Assembly: GCA_016794145.1 (NCBI GenBank)
Contig: JAEUKP010000008.1
Location: 21,199 to 85,198 of the forward strand
DNA length: 64,000 bases
Direction: 5' to 3'
Source: Alphaproteobacteria bacterium
Lineage (GTDB): Bacteria > Pseudomonadota > Alphaproteobacteria > Micavibrionales > Micavibrionaceae
Each line of letters begins with the position of its first letter. Positions within the stretch are counted from its first letter, which is position 1. The translations under genes and the position numbers were made by a program. The notes below the pieces were generated by a model, which made no database searches, was not told the origin of the DNA, and saw nothing but the letters and a program-made list of their open reading frames with translations. This document shows positions 37,639 through 46,495 of the stretch, piece after piece.

Positions 37639-38332
37639 TCTGACTCAAGAATCCTATCGCATCAATATCTTCATTTGTTAAGCATTTATGATTTAATAAA
37701 TGGGGCAGGAAGTGTCGACGAAACTCTTTTAAGAGAATATCCTGATCGTTGGTATAGGTATAACCGTACTCCTTCAAAGCGGCATAGAAATCATCAATTT
37801 CAAAAGATGCCGAATAATGAATATCAGGCATAACACCGATCCCGGCCTGCGCCAATTTTGTCCAGGGGAATTTTTCTCCGGGGTCCAATTTACGACCTGG
37901 AGCAACATCCGAGTGCCCCAAAATATTGTGGTGAGAAATATTCCAGCGCGTCCTGATATCCTTGATTAACCCAATAACGGACTCAATTTGTAAGGGCCTA
38001 AACTCTTCGTAATCAAACTCATGCCCAGTATTCCAGATTTCAATACCAATAGAAGCAGAATTGATATCCGTAACCCCTTCCCATGAAGCATGCCCGGCAT
38101 GCCACGCACGTTTGTCCTCTTCAACAAACTTATAAATTCCTCCATATCCATCTATCAAATAATGAGGTGAAATTCTGCCGACAGAATCTGTCGGAGATTC
38201 ATTACAGAAACGCTCACGCGCTTCCTCAGCTGTGATTGTCCCTGTATAATGCAAAATAATCATTGATGGCGACTGCCCACCCGCACGGTCATCAAAATTC
38301 GGCGATGGACAGGGAATAAAATTCATCCTCAT
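37589..38332 (-). CDS. ampD: N-acetylmuramoyl-L-alanine amidase (AmpD / Amidase_2 family)
   Basis: MIILHYTG...SPHYLIDGYGGIYKFV...RAWHAGHASW...SIGIEIWNTGH...ILGHSDVAPGRKLDPG. The start is taken at the internal ATG 38332, just after the ftsA stop. Confidence 0.8.
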   Translation of the reverse strand: MRMNFIPCPSPNFDDRAGGQSPSMIILHYTGTITAEEARERFCNESPTDSVGRISPHYLIDGYGGIYKFVEEDKRAWHAGHASWEGVTDINSASIGIEIWNTGHEFDYEEFRPLQIESVIGLIKDIRTRWNISHHNILGHSDVAPGRKLDPGEKFPWTKLAQAGIGVMPDIHYSASFEIDDFYAALKEYGYTYTNDQDILLKEFRRHFLPHLLNHKCLTNEDIDAIGFLSQIKPKIGLPSPETQKIR

Positions 38333-38333
38333 C

Positions 38334-39602
38334 CTACCAATTTTCACGCAACCAAAGTTTAGCACGTTGCCAGATTGTTCCGGCCTCAACCGTTGCCATA
38401 ATTTCTGCCGGCATTTCATTAAATCGTTCTGTGACGTAGTGAAGCAAGCCTGCTGTTGCAGAGAAAGCAGGACCGCTCACAGCATCTGGTAACCCTTGGA
38501 GCCTAATGGGGCGCCCTAGCCGAACTTGCTTTTCCAGATATTTTTGTGACAATTCTCTTAACCCGGGAATCTGGCTTGCGCCTCCTGTTAAGACAACGCG
38601 ACGACCAGCGATCGGTCCAAGACCACTGTCAATCAATCGGGACCGGACCATTTCCATTGTTTCTTCGATACGTGGGGCGATAATGCTAACCAAATAGGAT
38701 CGTGGGACATGGTTGGGTGTAAGACTATCTTCCTCGCCCAAAGGTGGAACATCAATTAAATCTTTTTCATCCGTTGCTGTTGCTATCGCGCTTCCATATA
38801 ATGTTTTCATACGCTCTGCCGCGTGAAGAGACGTTGTCAGCCCGCGTGCAATATCATTGGTAACGTGCTGTCCTCCGACAGGGATTGCATCTGTATAAAT
38901 CAATTCGCGGCCATAAAAGACGGCGATTGATGTTGTCCCCCCCCCCATATCAACGACGGTACACCCCATAGCCATGTCATCATCCACAAGACACGCAAGA
39001 CCGGCGGCAGAAGGGGTCGAACAAAGAGCCGTAATATCAAGATGCCAAGATTGAATACAACTGGCCCTATTGCGTAAAGGTTCTATATTCCCCATGACCA
39101 TATGAACATCAACATCCAGATGCTGACCATACAGACCTCGTGGTTCTTTAATCCCCTCATGTCCATCAATACGATATGCTGTTGGAATGGTGTGTATAAG
39201 TTCAACATCATTTCCAACAACCTGATCTTGTGCCTTTGCCAAAGCACGCCGAATATCATTCTCGGTTACTGCCGCCCCCAGAATCTGAACCCCCATATTC
39301 ATCAGCCGCGAATAAGAATGGGTTGCAGGCACATTTACAATAACCTCGCGCAAGGGATATCCTTTTGTAACATCTGCGGCCATATTCTCCGCAGCATGCA
39401 CAGCCTGACGAATGGCCCCTTCAGCCAGGTCAAGATCAATAACTGTCCCCGACTTAATGCCTTGGGACGCTTGATGGCCGATACCGATCAGGTCAATATT
39501 TCCGAGATCATCACGGATACGCGCGATAAAACAGGCAATCTTGGTTGACCCTATATCCAAGGCTGCAATTACTGATCCTTTTGGATGGAATTGTTTACTC
39601 AT
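38334..39602 (-). CDS. ftsA: cell division protein FtsA
   Basis: ALDIGSTKIACFI...VVDMGGGTTSIAVF...VLTGGASQIPGL are the actin-like ATPase motifs of FtsA. Confidence 0.95.
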   Translation of the reverse strand: MSKQFHPKGSVIAALDIGSTKIACFIARIRDDLGNIDLIGIGHQASQGIKSGTVIDLDLAEGAIRQAVHAAENMAADVTKGYPLREVIVNVPATHSYSRLMNMGVQILGAAVTENDIRRALAKAQDQVVGNDVELIHTIPTAYRIDGHEGIKEPRGLYGQHLDVDVHMVMGNIEPLRNRASCIQSWHLDITALCSTPSAAGLACLVDDDMAMGCTVVDMGGGTTSIAVFYGRELIYTDAIPVGGQHVTNDIARGLTTSLHAAERMKTLYGSAIATATDEKDLIDVPPLGEEDSLTPNHVPRSYLVSIIAPRIEETMEMVRSRLIDSGLGPIAGRRVVLTGGASQIPGLRELSQKYLEKQVRLGRPIRLQGLPDAVSGPAFSATAGLLHYVTERFNEMPAEIMATVEAGTIWQRAKLWLRENW

Positions 39603-39614
39603 ATCCCCCCGCCT

Positions 39615-40469
39615 TTAAATATTTTTCTGGGGATGATAAGAAGCCTGGTATTCCTCGACAGCACCCGGCTCAGTTTGAACAACGATTCTCATCGGATCAC
39701 GCAAATCAATAGATTGGATTTTGCGATCCATTAATTTTGCTTCGCCTTGTGCACTGGCCAACCGCCGGACAGCCTGACCTAAATCATCCTCGGGTAATTT
39801 CACAGAAACCCCGTTCTTTAAATACAAATCCCACCGTCTGCCCCCGATCCATTTTGCCGACTCAACACGGCTTTTTAAATCAGGTTCGACCATGATCATA
39901 GACACCAGATCTTTCGCCTGTTTCGGGGCTTCCTCACCGACCAAGATCATCAAATGCTTAAAGCGTCCCAAATTTCCATCTGACAAGACTTGTCCTTCTG
40001 TATCAATAATCGACAATTTACCTTGATGTTGCCAAAGAGCCATAGGCTGACGCTCCTCCAGACGAACAGCAATCGTATCGGGTAAATGTCGTTCAACAAT
40101 CGCTGACTTCACCCATGTGACATGCTGTACTCTCTCTTGAATCGCATCAATATCTGGCTCAAAGATAGATTGGCCTTTTTGAATATCGACAATATATTTC
40201 AAGGTCTGGAGATTGGCATTTTCACGGCCCTCGACAACAACATTTTGAACCTTGAATCCACTTTCAACCATTTGGGCATGAACAGATCTGACAATACGGC
40301 CTTCGACTTGATCGAAATACCCGGATGAGGATGCATAGATAAAACCACCAATGACTCCACCTAATATAACGGCACCAAGACCCACGCGCTTCACCCAGTA
40401 TTTTAACTGGGCATGCTGGCCTGCACGACGATTCATAATAGTTGTTCTACGCGTTCCTGTTTTTGACAT
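39615..40469 (-). CDS. ftsQ: cell division protein FtsQ
   Basis: N-terminal TM segment, POTRA region (FKVQNVVVEGRENANLQTL) and an FtsQ beta domain. It lies directly upstream of ftsA. Confidence 0.85.
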   Translation of the reverse strand: MSKTGTRRTTIMNRRAGQHAQLKYWVKRVGLGAVILGGVIGGFIYASSSGYFDQVEGRIVRSVHAQMVESGFKVQNVVVEGRENANLQTLKYIVDIQKGQSIFEPDIDAIQERVQHVTWVKSAIVERHLPDTIAVRLEERQPMALWQHQGKLSIIDTEGQVLSDGNLGRFKHLMILVGEEAPKQAKDLVSMIMVEPDLKSRVESAKWIGGRRWDLYLKNGVSVKLPEDDLGQAVRRLASAQGEAKLMDRKIQSIDLRDPMRIVVQTEPGAVEEYQASYHPQKNI

Positions 40470-40657
40470 GGCTTTATATGACAGAAAATTGTTATAAATG
40501 GGCGAAAGCCCCCGAAAGATTTCCTACATTATACATTGAAATCATGAATTCCAAGGTATTTATTTTGAACAGCTTGATTGGTGAAGCATCTACAACTCTT
40601 GTCATTCTTCAACACAAATGCTAGCGTTGTTGAAATACGTTAAACCATTGAGACAAA

Positions 40658-40948
40658 ATGACCAAAGAATCAGAAAATTGGGTCAAATGCCCGCATCCTG
40701 TTGAAGGCGACACCATCCGCTGGAAAGAGCCTATTTGGGCGGCCCCGAGCAAGCCGCGCGGAAAACCAGCCAAAATGGGGGACCAACAAATTACGGCTGA
40801 GGTTACCCATGCCGGTGAATTCTTTGAACTTCTGGTGTTGAATGTTGCGAAAATTGCAGGCGGCGGTACGATTAAGGTGAAAGCAGGGGATGAGATCCGC
40901 CGCAAATCATCAACAATTGCAATCGGTGATTGTTACAAGCGATCGTAA
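40658..40948 (+). CDS. hypothetical small protein (96 aa)
   Basis: MTKESENWVKCPHPVEGDTIRWKEPIWAAPSKPRGKPAKMGDQQITAEV... has a plausible globular composition. The competing minus-strand ORF 40621..40905 is Ser/Pro/Phe-rich and looks spurious. Confidence 0.4.
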   Translation: MTKESENWVKCPHPVEGDTIRWKEPIWAAPSKPRGKPAKMGDQQITAEVTHAGEFFELLVLNVAKIAGGGTIKVKAGDEIRRKSSTIAIGDCYKRS

Positions 40949-41146
40949 ATCCACTATCCCTTTTTCTTTTATAAAATTTGCGCTATGTAAATATTTCCCT
41001 CATATTCCTTAGCAGACTATCTCGATATTTTTTTATACCCCCGCTTTTGCCGACCAAGCTATTGATTGCCCTGATCTTTCTTTCTCGCTAGAATAAACAA
41101 AGTCGATCGAATCATCTGCGAATCATCTGAAAGTCTTTGTAATTCC

Positions 41147-43243
41147 ATGGCCAATGCCCCCTTTCCCAATATGACTTCAAAATCTGCCATGAACATTCTT
41201 CTTCGCGGAGACGTGGCCCTTGCAACCGGTATAGTCATCATTTTGATGTTTATGTTGGTGCCAATGCCTCCGTTTCTCGTCGATGCAGGGCTGTCAATTT
41301 CCATCACGCTTTCGATCATGATTCTGATGATCACATTATTTATCAAAAAGCCGCTGGAATTTTCAACCTTCCCGACGATTTTGCTGATTACAACAGCCCT
41401 GCGCTTGGGAATGAATATTGCGTCGACACGTTTGATTCTATCAAATGGAGACCAAGGCCACGAAGCCGCCGGAAAAATCATTGAAGCCTTCGGCGTATTT
41501 ATGATTCAAGGAAATTACGTCGTTGGCGGTATCGTGTTTGCAATTTTGGTGATTGTCAATTTTATTGTTATTACCAAAGGTTCGGGACGTATCGCCGAGG
41601 TTGCGGCACGTTTCAGTTTAGATGCCATGCCGGGAAAACAGATGGCGATTGACTCTGACCTATCGTCAGGGTTGATTTCAGAAGAAGAAGCCAAAATAAA
41701 ACGATCGGAGTTACAGCAGGAAAGTTCCTTTTTTGGAGCGATGGATGGGGCCGCCAAGTTTGTTCGCGGAGATGCCATTGCAGGGCTTTTGATTACATTC
41801 ATCAACTTGATCGGTGGAATTATTATCGGAACAACGGTCAAAGATTTATCTCTGGCGGAAGCGGCAGACTATTATACCCTTCTCTCTATCGGGGATGGTC
41901 TTGTTTCCCAAATTCCGGCCCTTATTGTGTCTGTTGCAGCAGGTCTCCTTGTCTCGAAAGCGGGGGTCGAAGGATCCGCAGATGTTGCCTTACTCGACCA
42001 ATTCGGGCGTTACCCGCGCGCAACTGCAATGACATCTTTTCTTATCATGTCAATCGGGCTTATTCCTGCAATGCCGTTTATGCCCTTCTTCCTTTTATCT
42101 GTGGTGACAGGAGGACTCTCTTATATGTCGTTCCAACGGCTTAAAAATATTGAGACGACCAAAGCGAATGATGAGGCCGTTAAACAAATTGCGGCGAAGC
42201 CTGCAGAAGACCCAATTTCAAAATCGCTGGCAATGGATATTATTCGTCTGGAATTGGGGTACGCCCTGCTTCCTCTTGTGCATGGAAGCGAACATTCGGT
42301 CAAATTGCCGGACCAAATCAAAGGCCTGCGTCGTCAATTGGCCGAAGAAATGGGCTATATCCTCCCTTCCGTTCGTATTCAGGACAATCTTCAGCTCCCC
42401 GCCGCAACCTATGCCGTTAAGATCAAAGAAATTGAAGCTGGCCGGGGAGAAGTGCGCCCCGGCATGTTGCTTTGCATGGACCCAACCGGCGAGCCAATCA
42501 CCCTCCCGGGGGAGGCAACAGTTGAACCGACCTTTGGCCTTCCCGCCATGTGGATTGACAATCGATACCGTGAAGAGGCTCATTTCAAAGGATATACTGT
42601 TGTCGATGCCACAACCGTTGTAACAACACACATCACCGAAATTATCAAAGAAAATATGGCAGATCTTCTGTCCTATACAGAAACACAACGGCTTTTGGAT
42701 GAACTCCCAAAAGACTATCAAAAACTCGTGGCCGATGTTATTCCATCCCAACTTTCTGTTGGGGGGTTGCAACGCATCCTCCAGAACCTTGTTAACGAAC
42801 GCGTGTCTATCCGTGATTTACCAACGATCCTGGAAGGCGTTGCTGAAGCAACAACATACACCAAGAATGTCATGGCCATTACAGAGCACGTCCGGTCTCG
42901 GCTTGCCCGTCAAATTTGTGAATCGAATATCAATGCCCACGGACATGTCCCTTTAATTACGCTGTCGCCAAAATGGGAAAAAAATTTCTCGGATGCCTTG
43001 ATTGGCGACCGTGATGATCGTCAGCTAGCGATGGCTCCAAGTGTTCTGCAAGAATTTATTTCTGCCGTGCGCCAGGTTTTCGATAAATTTGCCCAAAGCG
43101 GTGAAAATCCCGTACTGCTAACGTCTCCGATGATTCGTCCCTATGCTCGCTCCGTCGTAGAACGTTTTCGCCCGCAGACATCGGTCATGTCCCAGAACGA
43201 AATCCACCCGAAATCAAGAATTAAAACAGTTGGACAAATCTAG
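41147..43243 (+). CDS. flhA: type III export gate protein of the FlhA/SctV family (most likely flagellar FlhA)
   Basis: GSGRIAEVAARFSLDAMPGKQMAIDSDLSSGLISEEEAKIKRSELQQESSFFGAMDGAAKFVRGDAIAG is the FHIPEP signature. It has eight TM segments plus a cytoplasmic ring domain. Length is 698 aa. Confidence 0.85.
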   Translation: MANAPFPNMTSKSAMNILLRGDVALATGIVIILMFMLVPMPPFLVDAGLSISITLSIMILMITLFIKKPLEFSTFPTILLITTALRLGMNIASTRLILSNGDQGHEAAGKIIEAFGVFMIQGNYVVGGIVFAILVIVNFIVITKGSGRIAEVAARFSLDAMPGKQMAIDSDLSSGLISEEEAKIKRSELQQESSFFGAMDGAAKFVRGDAIAGLLITFINLIGGIIIGTTVKDLSLAEAADYYTLLSIGDGLVSQIPALIVSVAAGLLVSKAGVEGSADVALLDQFGRYPRATAMTSFLIMSIGLIPAMPFMPFFLLSVVTGGLSYMSFQRLKNIETTKANDEAVKQIAAKPAEDPISKSLAMDIIRLELGYALLPLVHGSEHSVKLPDQIKGLRRQLAEEMGYILPSVRIQDNLQLPAATYAVKIKEIEAGRGEVRPGMLLCMDPTGEPITLPGEATVEPTFGLPAMWIDNRYREEAHFKGYTVVDATTVVTTHITEIIKENMADLLSYTETQRLLDELPKDYQKLVADVIPSQLSVGGLQRILQNLVNERVSIRDLPTILEGVAEATTYTKNVMAITEHVRSRLARQICESNINAHGHVPLITLSPKWEKNFSDALIGDRDDRQLAMAPSVLQEFISAVRQVFDKFAQSGENPVLLTSPMIRPYARSVVERFRPQTSVMSQNEIHPKSRIKTVGQI

Positions 43244-43380
43244 TTAGACGATCATTTTATTTTTTTTCAATAAAAACAATGTGTTGAGTCTTTATATCAA
43301 CATCCCAAAAAGTTTGATTTTTATGCTTTTTTAAGCTATGATGAACTCATAAAGAATAGATAAAAAAAGGGTGTAATAGA

Positions 43381-44661
43381 ATGGCAATTGAGAGAAAAGA
43401 CAAAAAACTCGGTATATCTGCAGCTCCTGTTGCGATCGCAACGCCTGTTCTTCCGTCGAATGCTCACTCTCGTGTTACGCCGAGGGGTTCCGTTCACAAT
43501 AGAAAGGCTGCCCCTGAAACTTCTCCTGTTACAACACCAGAACCTGTTGCTGCTGACCGCGAACATGAACTTTTCTTCCAACGTTTCATCCGTCTAGAGC
43601 TAATGGATGCAAATACAGAAGATGTTACAGCCACGCCGATTGAAACATGGATCAAAGATAATCTGCTTTCTCTGGGAAAAGATTTTGATCCAAAAGACCC
43701 TATTGATAATGCCTATGCCCACTTTCAGCGGTCAAACTCGACCGATAGGCGCATCACAGCTGACTTCGAAAGCCGTGGCGAGTATACTCCTCATATTTAT
43801 AATCCCCTTACGGGCGGTCGTGTGGCCCCCTCACCGAATGTAATTATCGATGATGGGTTCAGAGCACCCGCTTTTAAATTATCTAAGTCCGAAGCTCGTG
43901 AAGCACTCGCGGCTGATATTAAAACCGTTTCTGGAATCTATGCTGCCGAGGCCGGTATGTCGCCCAAAGACTTTGCAAAAGTGATGGGCGGGATCGCAAC
44001 AATTGAAAGCAGCTTTGGTGTTATTCGTTCCGTCACGGGTACAAAATATAGCTCTTCTGCTGGTGGCGCTTTCCACTATCTGAATGACACTATTAGCGGT
44101 CAAGTCATACAACATATGAAAGACCCGCATATTGCAACCCGTCTAGAGCAATTGGGCGTACAGGTTGGAAACGGCCTTTCCAAATCCGAAGCGTGGACTA
44201 TGAAGGAAGATAATGTTCTGGCCGGGAGTATTCTTGCAAAACGCATCATCGAGACCGTGCGTAAAAGTCCTGAATTAAAAGATGACATCGTGGCCCTCGC
44301 AACACGTGTTTACCAATCTCACAATCTGGGCGATGCTGGCGCACGCGCCTTAGCTCAAGGTGGCCGGGCAGCGCTTGAGGCAAAAGATCATAGGGCAGAC
44401 GATAATAATCCGATGTTCTTCCGCGGCGCATCCTCTGACGCTGAAGTCAATCAGCGTTACACAAAATTCGTCACTAACGCCATTGCTTCTGCGAGCAAGC
44501 TTATCGACAACGCCTTCGATGGCCCTTCGACCACATTGACCCAAGCAAAGCCGAACACCAAACCGACTATTGTTGCGTCTGCCCATTTGCCAGAACGCGC
44601 CTCCCCCATTGTCGTCGCGGAAAACAAGAAGCATCGCCTTCCAGCGCCAGAGCCTTCGTAA
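43381..44661 (+). CDS. hypothetical protein with a lytic transglycosylase (SLT/lysozyme-like)-type motif set
   Basis: GIATIESSFG (candidate catalytic Glu-Ser), AGGAFHYL (GLMQ position) and VYQSHNLGDAG (AYN.G position) occur in the correct order. The N-terminal ~190 aa are Pro/Thr-rich or unassigned. Confidence 0.4.
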   Translation: MAIERKDKKLGISAAPVAIATPVLPSNAHSRVTPRGSVHNRKAAPETSPVTTPEPVAADREHELFFQRFIRLELMDANTEDVTATPIETWIKDNLLSLGKDFDPKDPIDNAYAHFQRSNSTDRRITADFESRGEYTPHIYNPLTGGRVAPSPNVIIDDGFRAPAFKLSKSEAREALAADIKTVSGIYAAEAGMSPKDFAKVMGGIATIESSFGVIRSVTGTKYSSSAGGAFHYLNDTISGQVIQHMKDPHIATRLEQLGVQVGNGLSKSEAWTMKEDNVLAGSILAKRIIETVRKSPELKDDIVALATRVYQSHNLGDAGARALAQGGRAALEAKDHRADDNNPMFFRGASSDAEVNQRYTKFVTNAIASASKLIDNAFDGPSTTLTQAKPNTKPTIVASAHLPERASPIVVAENKKHRLPAPEPS

Positions 44662-44683
44662 ATTTCTACATTTTTTAAATAAA

Positions 44684-44711
44684 GCACCCCTTTAAATCGG
44701 GGTGTTTTTTA
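44684..44711 (+). terminator. Rho-independent terminator
   Basis: GCACCCC-tttaaatc-GGGGTG followed by TTTTTTATT, 23 nt after the stop of 43381..44661. Confidence 0.8.
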
Positions 44712-44771
44712 TTGGTTAAAATACTATATGATACCGACATCATTGAACCATCAGAATAGAGGGCATATACG

Positions 44772-45098
44772 ATGACAAAAACAGCACTTATCTTGGGCAC
44801 TATTACTCTGGGACTCGTGAGTGGATTAACGGGATGCGTTGTCACTCCTGAAGCCGACCCCTATAAAAATATTAAAATTGTTGATATTTCAGAGGTCAGC
44901 AACTGCAAACTCATCGGAAACCTTTCTAGCAGCTCTATCGCGCCGTACGGCTTATTCTCTGGCACTGCACATGAATCAGTGATTGAGCTTGCGAAGAAAG
45001 AAGGGCACAAACTTGGGGCCACACATCTTGTTCTGAATGCCCCAATGACTGCAGGGGATACGGTTTCCTTGAACGGGAAAGCGTATATCTGCCAATAA
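44772..45098 (+). CDS. small lipoprotein (DUF4156-like)
   Basis: Lipobox GLTGC. The pattern ...VSNCKLIGNLS...G......A..EL.K.....GATHLVL is what I recall for DUF4156 lipoproteins. Confidence 0.55.
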   Translation: MTKTALILGTITLGLVSGLTGCVVTPEADPYKNIKIVDISEVSNCKLIGNLSSSSIAPYGLFSGTAHESVIELAKKEGHKLGATHLVLNAPMTAGDTVSLNGKAYICQ

Positions 45099-45106
45099 TT
45101 GAGAGA

Positions 45107-46459
45107 TTATCCCAGCGAAGGAATTGGCAACGCTCTGAGGTCGGGTAAACATAAATTTTTTTCATTTGTCTTGATGTCCCCAGCACATACTCTAGCAATC
45201 AATCTTATAAAAACCGGGGTTGATTCGTCTACCAAGACTGCCCGCACTAATTTCATATCCTGCTCATCGCCCTGATCGCGCAGATCTTGAGCCTTTAAGG
45301 CTATACGATACAGAGCCATAACCTCTTGTCCTTTCAGAGACCTAACGGCCTCAGAAATCCTCGCCCTCATCTCCTCCGAAAGTGGCGCAGTCCCTGTCGG
45401 CTCTGTCAACATCAAGCACAAAGAATCAGCCACTTCCAAAAGTGGTGGCCCATCATCCAGAGATTCATTTTCCCAAGTATCCGCAAGATCTTGCGCAGCC
45501 TTCCAAATATCGTCGGGAATGCCTTTTTTCAACCTGCCATAATCCCCAGAACGATCAACCTCAGGGGCGAACATGCGCCCCTCCAAATTTGGATCATATT
45601 GGCACAGCAATTTCAACAACGCCACATTCTGTACAGCCATCTCACGGCGATGCACAGCATGCTTCTCCCCGATATTCTCAAGCATATTGCGGGCAAAAAA
45701 CTCCAACTCCATCAAAACAGATGCGTGTTCTCCATAATTTGGTAAATCCCGAGAGAATTTTTCCCCTTCTGGATAGGCAATTTTTCCACCCATCAAACAT
45801 ACACCATACGCCAAACCTCGGAAGAGTCCCTCTGCTCCAATAAGCTGCATCCGGTCACAGGCTTGCGTCATCCGTGACATAAACGTTGCCCCATTCTGTC
45901 CGGAATGCACCAAAACAGCATAGAGATAATGATCTTTTAAGCGATTCGGCATCCCCTGATATTGGGGTGAGGCCAAAATCTTCTGGAACACCAGAAAACT
46001 TAACTGGGCATGCAGGATCCAATGATCATGTGGGTTTTTCGTGGGGTGATACCACGCCCCCTCGACGAAGCGACCCACATCATGAAAGGTGGCGGGAATG
46101 ACCCCAGTGGCTTTTAATCCCGTAAGCCCCTCCATCTGATAGAAGCGCAATGCTTCTGCCGCATCTTTGAACGAAATTTGCCGTTCATCATGCGCGGGCA
46201 AGGCTCTGTCCCGGGTTTTTGCCACAAAATCCTGTAAATCTCCCACAAATTCGGCCAACAGCTCTTGATTCTCCGAATTTTCCAGCCACGTCTCGACCTT
46301 CGCATCCGCCACCGCATCATTGGGCCGAAAATTCGGCAGAAAGAAGCCTGTTTGACTCTTGGCCTTTAGTCCTAGGACTTCATAGGCCTCGGCGTTATAT
46401 CCGTTGCCACATAACTCTGTGACCAACTGATCGATAAAATTTTCTTGGGTATTTGTCAT
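45107..46459 (-). CDS. hypothetical protein (450 aa, orphan)
   Basis: Long uninterrupted ORF with globular composition. I recognise no signal peptide, TM segment or family motif. Confidence 0.6.
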   Translation of the reverse strand: MTNTQENFIDQLVTELCGNGYNAEAYEVLGLKAKSQTGFFLPNFRPNDAVADAKVETWLENSENQELLAEFVGDLQDFVAKTRDRALPAHDERQISFKDAAEALRFYQMEGLTGLKATGVIPATFHDVGRFVEGAWYHPTKNPHDHWILHAQLSFLVFQKILASPQYQGMPNRLKDHYLYAVLVHSGQNGATFMSRMTQACDRMQLIGAEGLFRGLAYGVCLMGGKIAYPEGEKFSRDLPNYGEHASVLMELEFFARNMLENIGEKHAVHRREMAVQNVALLKLLCQYDPNLEGRMFAPEVDRSGDYGRLKKGIPDDIWKAAQDLADTWENESLDDGPPLLEVADSLCLMLTEPTGTAPLSEEMRARISEAVRSLKGQEVMALYRIALKAQDLRDQGDEQDMKLVRAVLVDESTPVFIRLIARVCAGDIKTNEKNLCLPDLRALPIPSLG

Positions 46460-46495
46460 GATAGGGAAAAGTATTATAGAAACAATAGCATGAAA

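Noticed and set aside
40621-40905. 94-aa minus-strand ORF between ftsQ and flhA
   Set aside because: Its Ser/Pro/Phe/Ala-rich composition looks non-globular. The overlapping plus-strand ORF looks more protein-like. Neither is proven.
41147-43243. An injectisome (SctV) rather than a flagellar export gate
   Set aside because: It cannot be excluded from sequence alone. However, there are no other T3SS genes in the window, and the presence of a chemoreceptor gene favours a flagellar assignment. It is labelled FlhA/SctV family.
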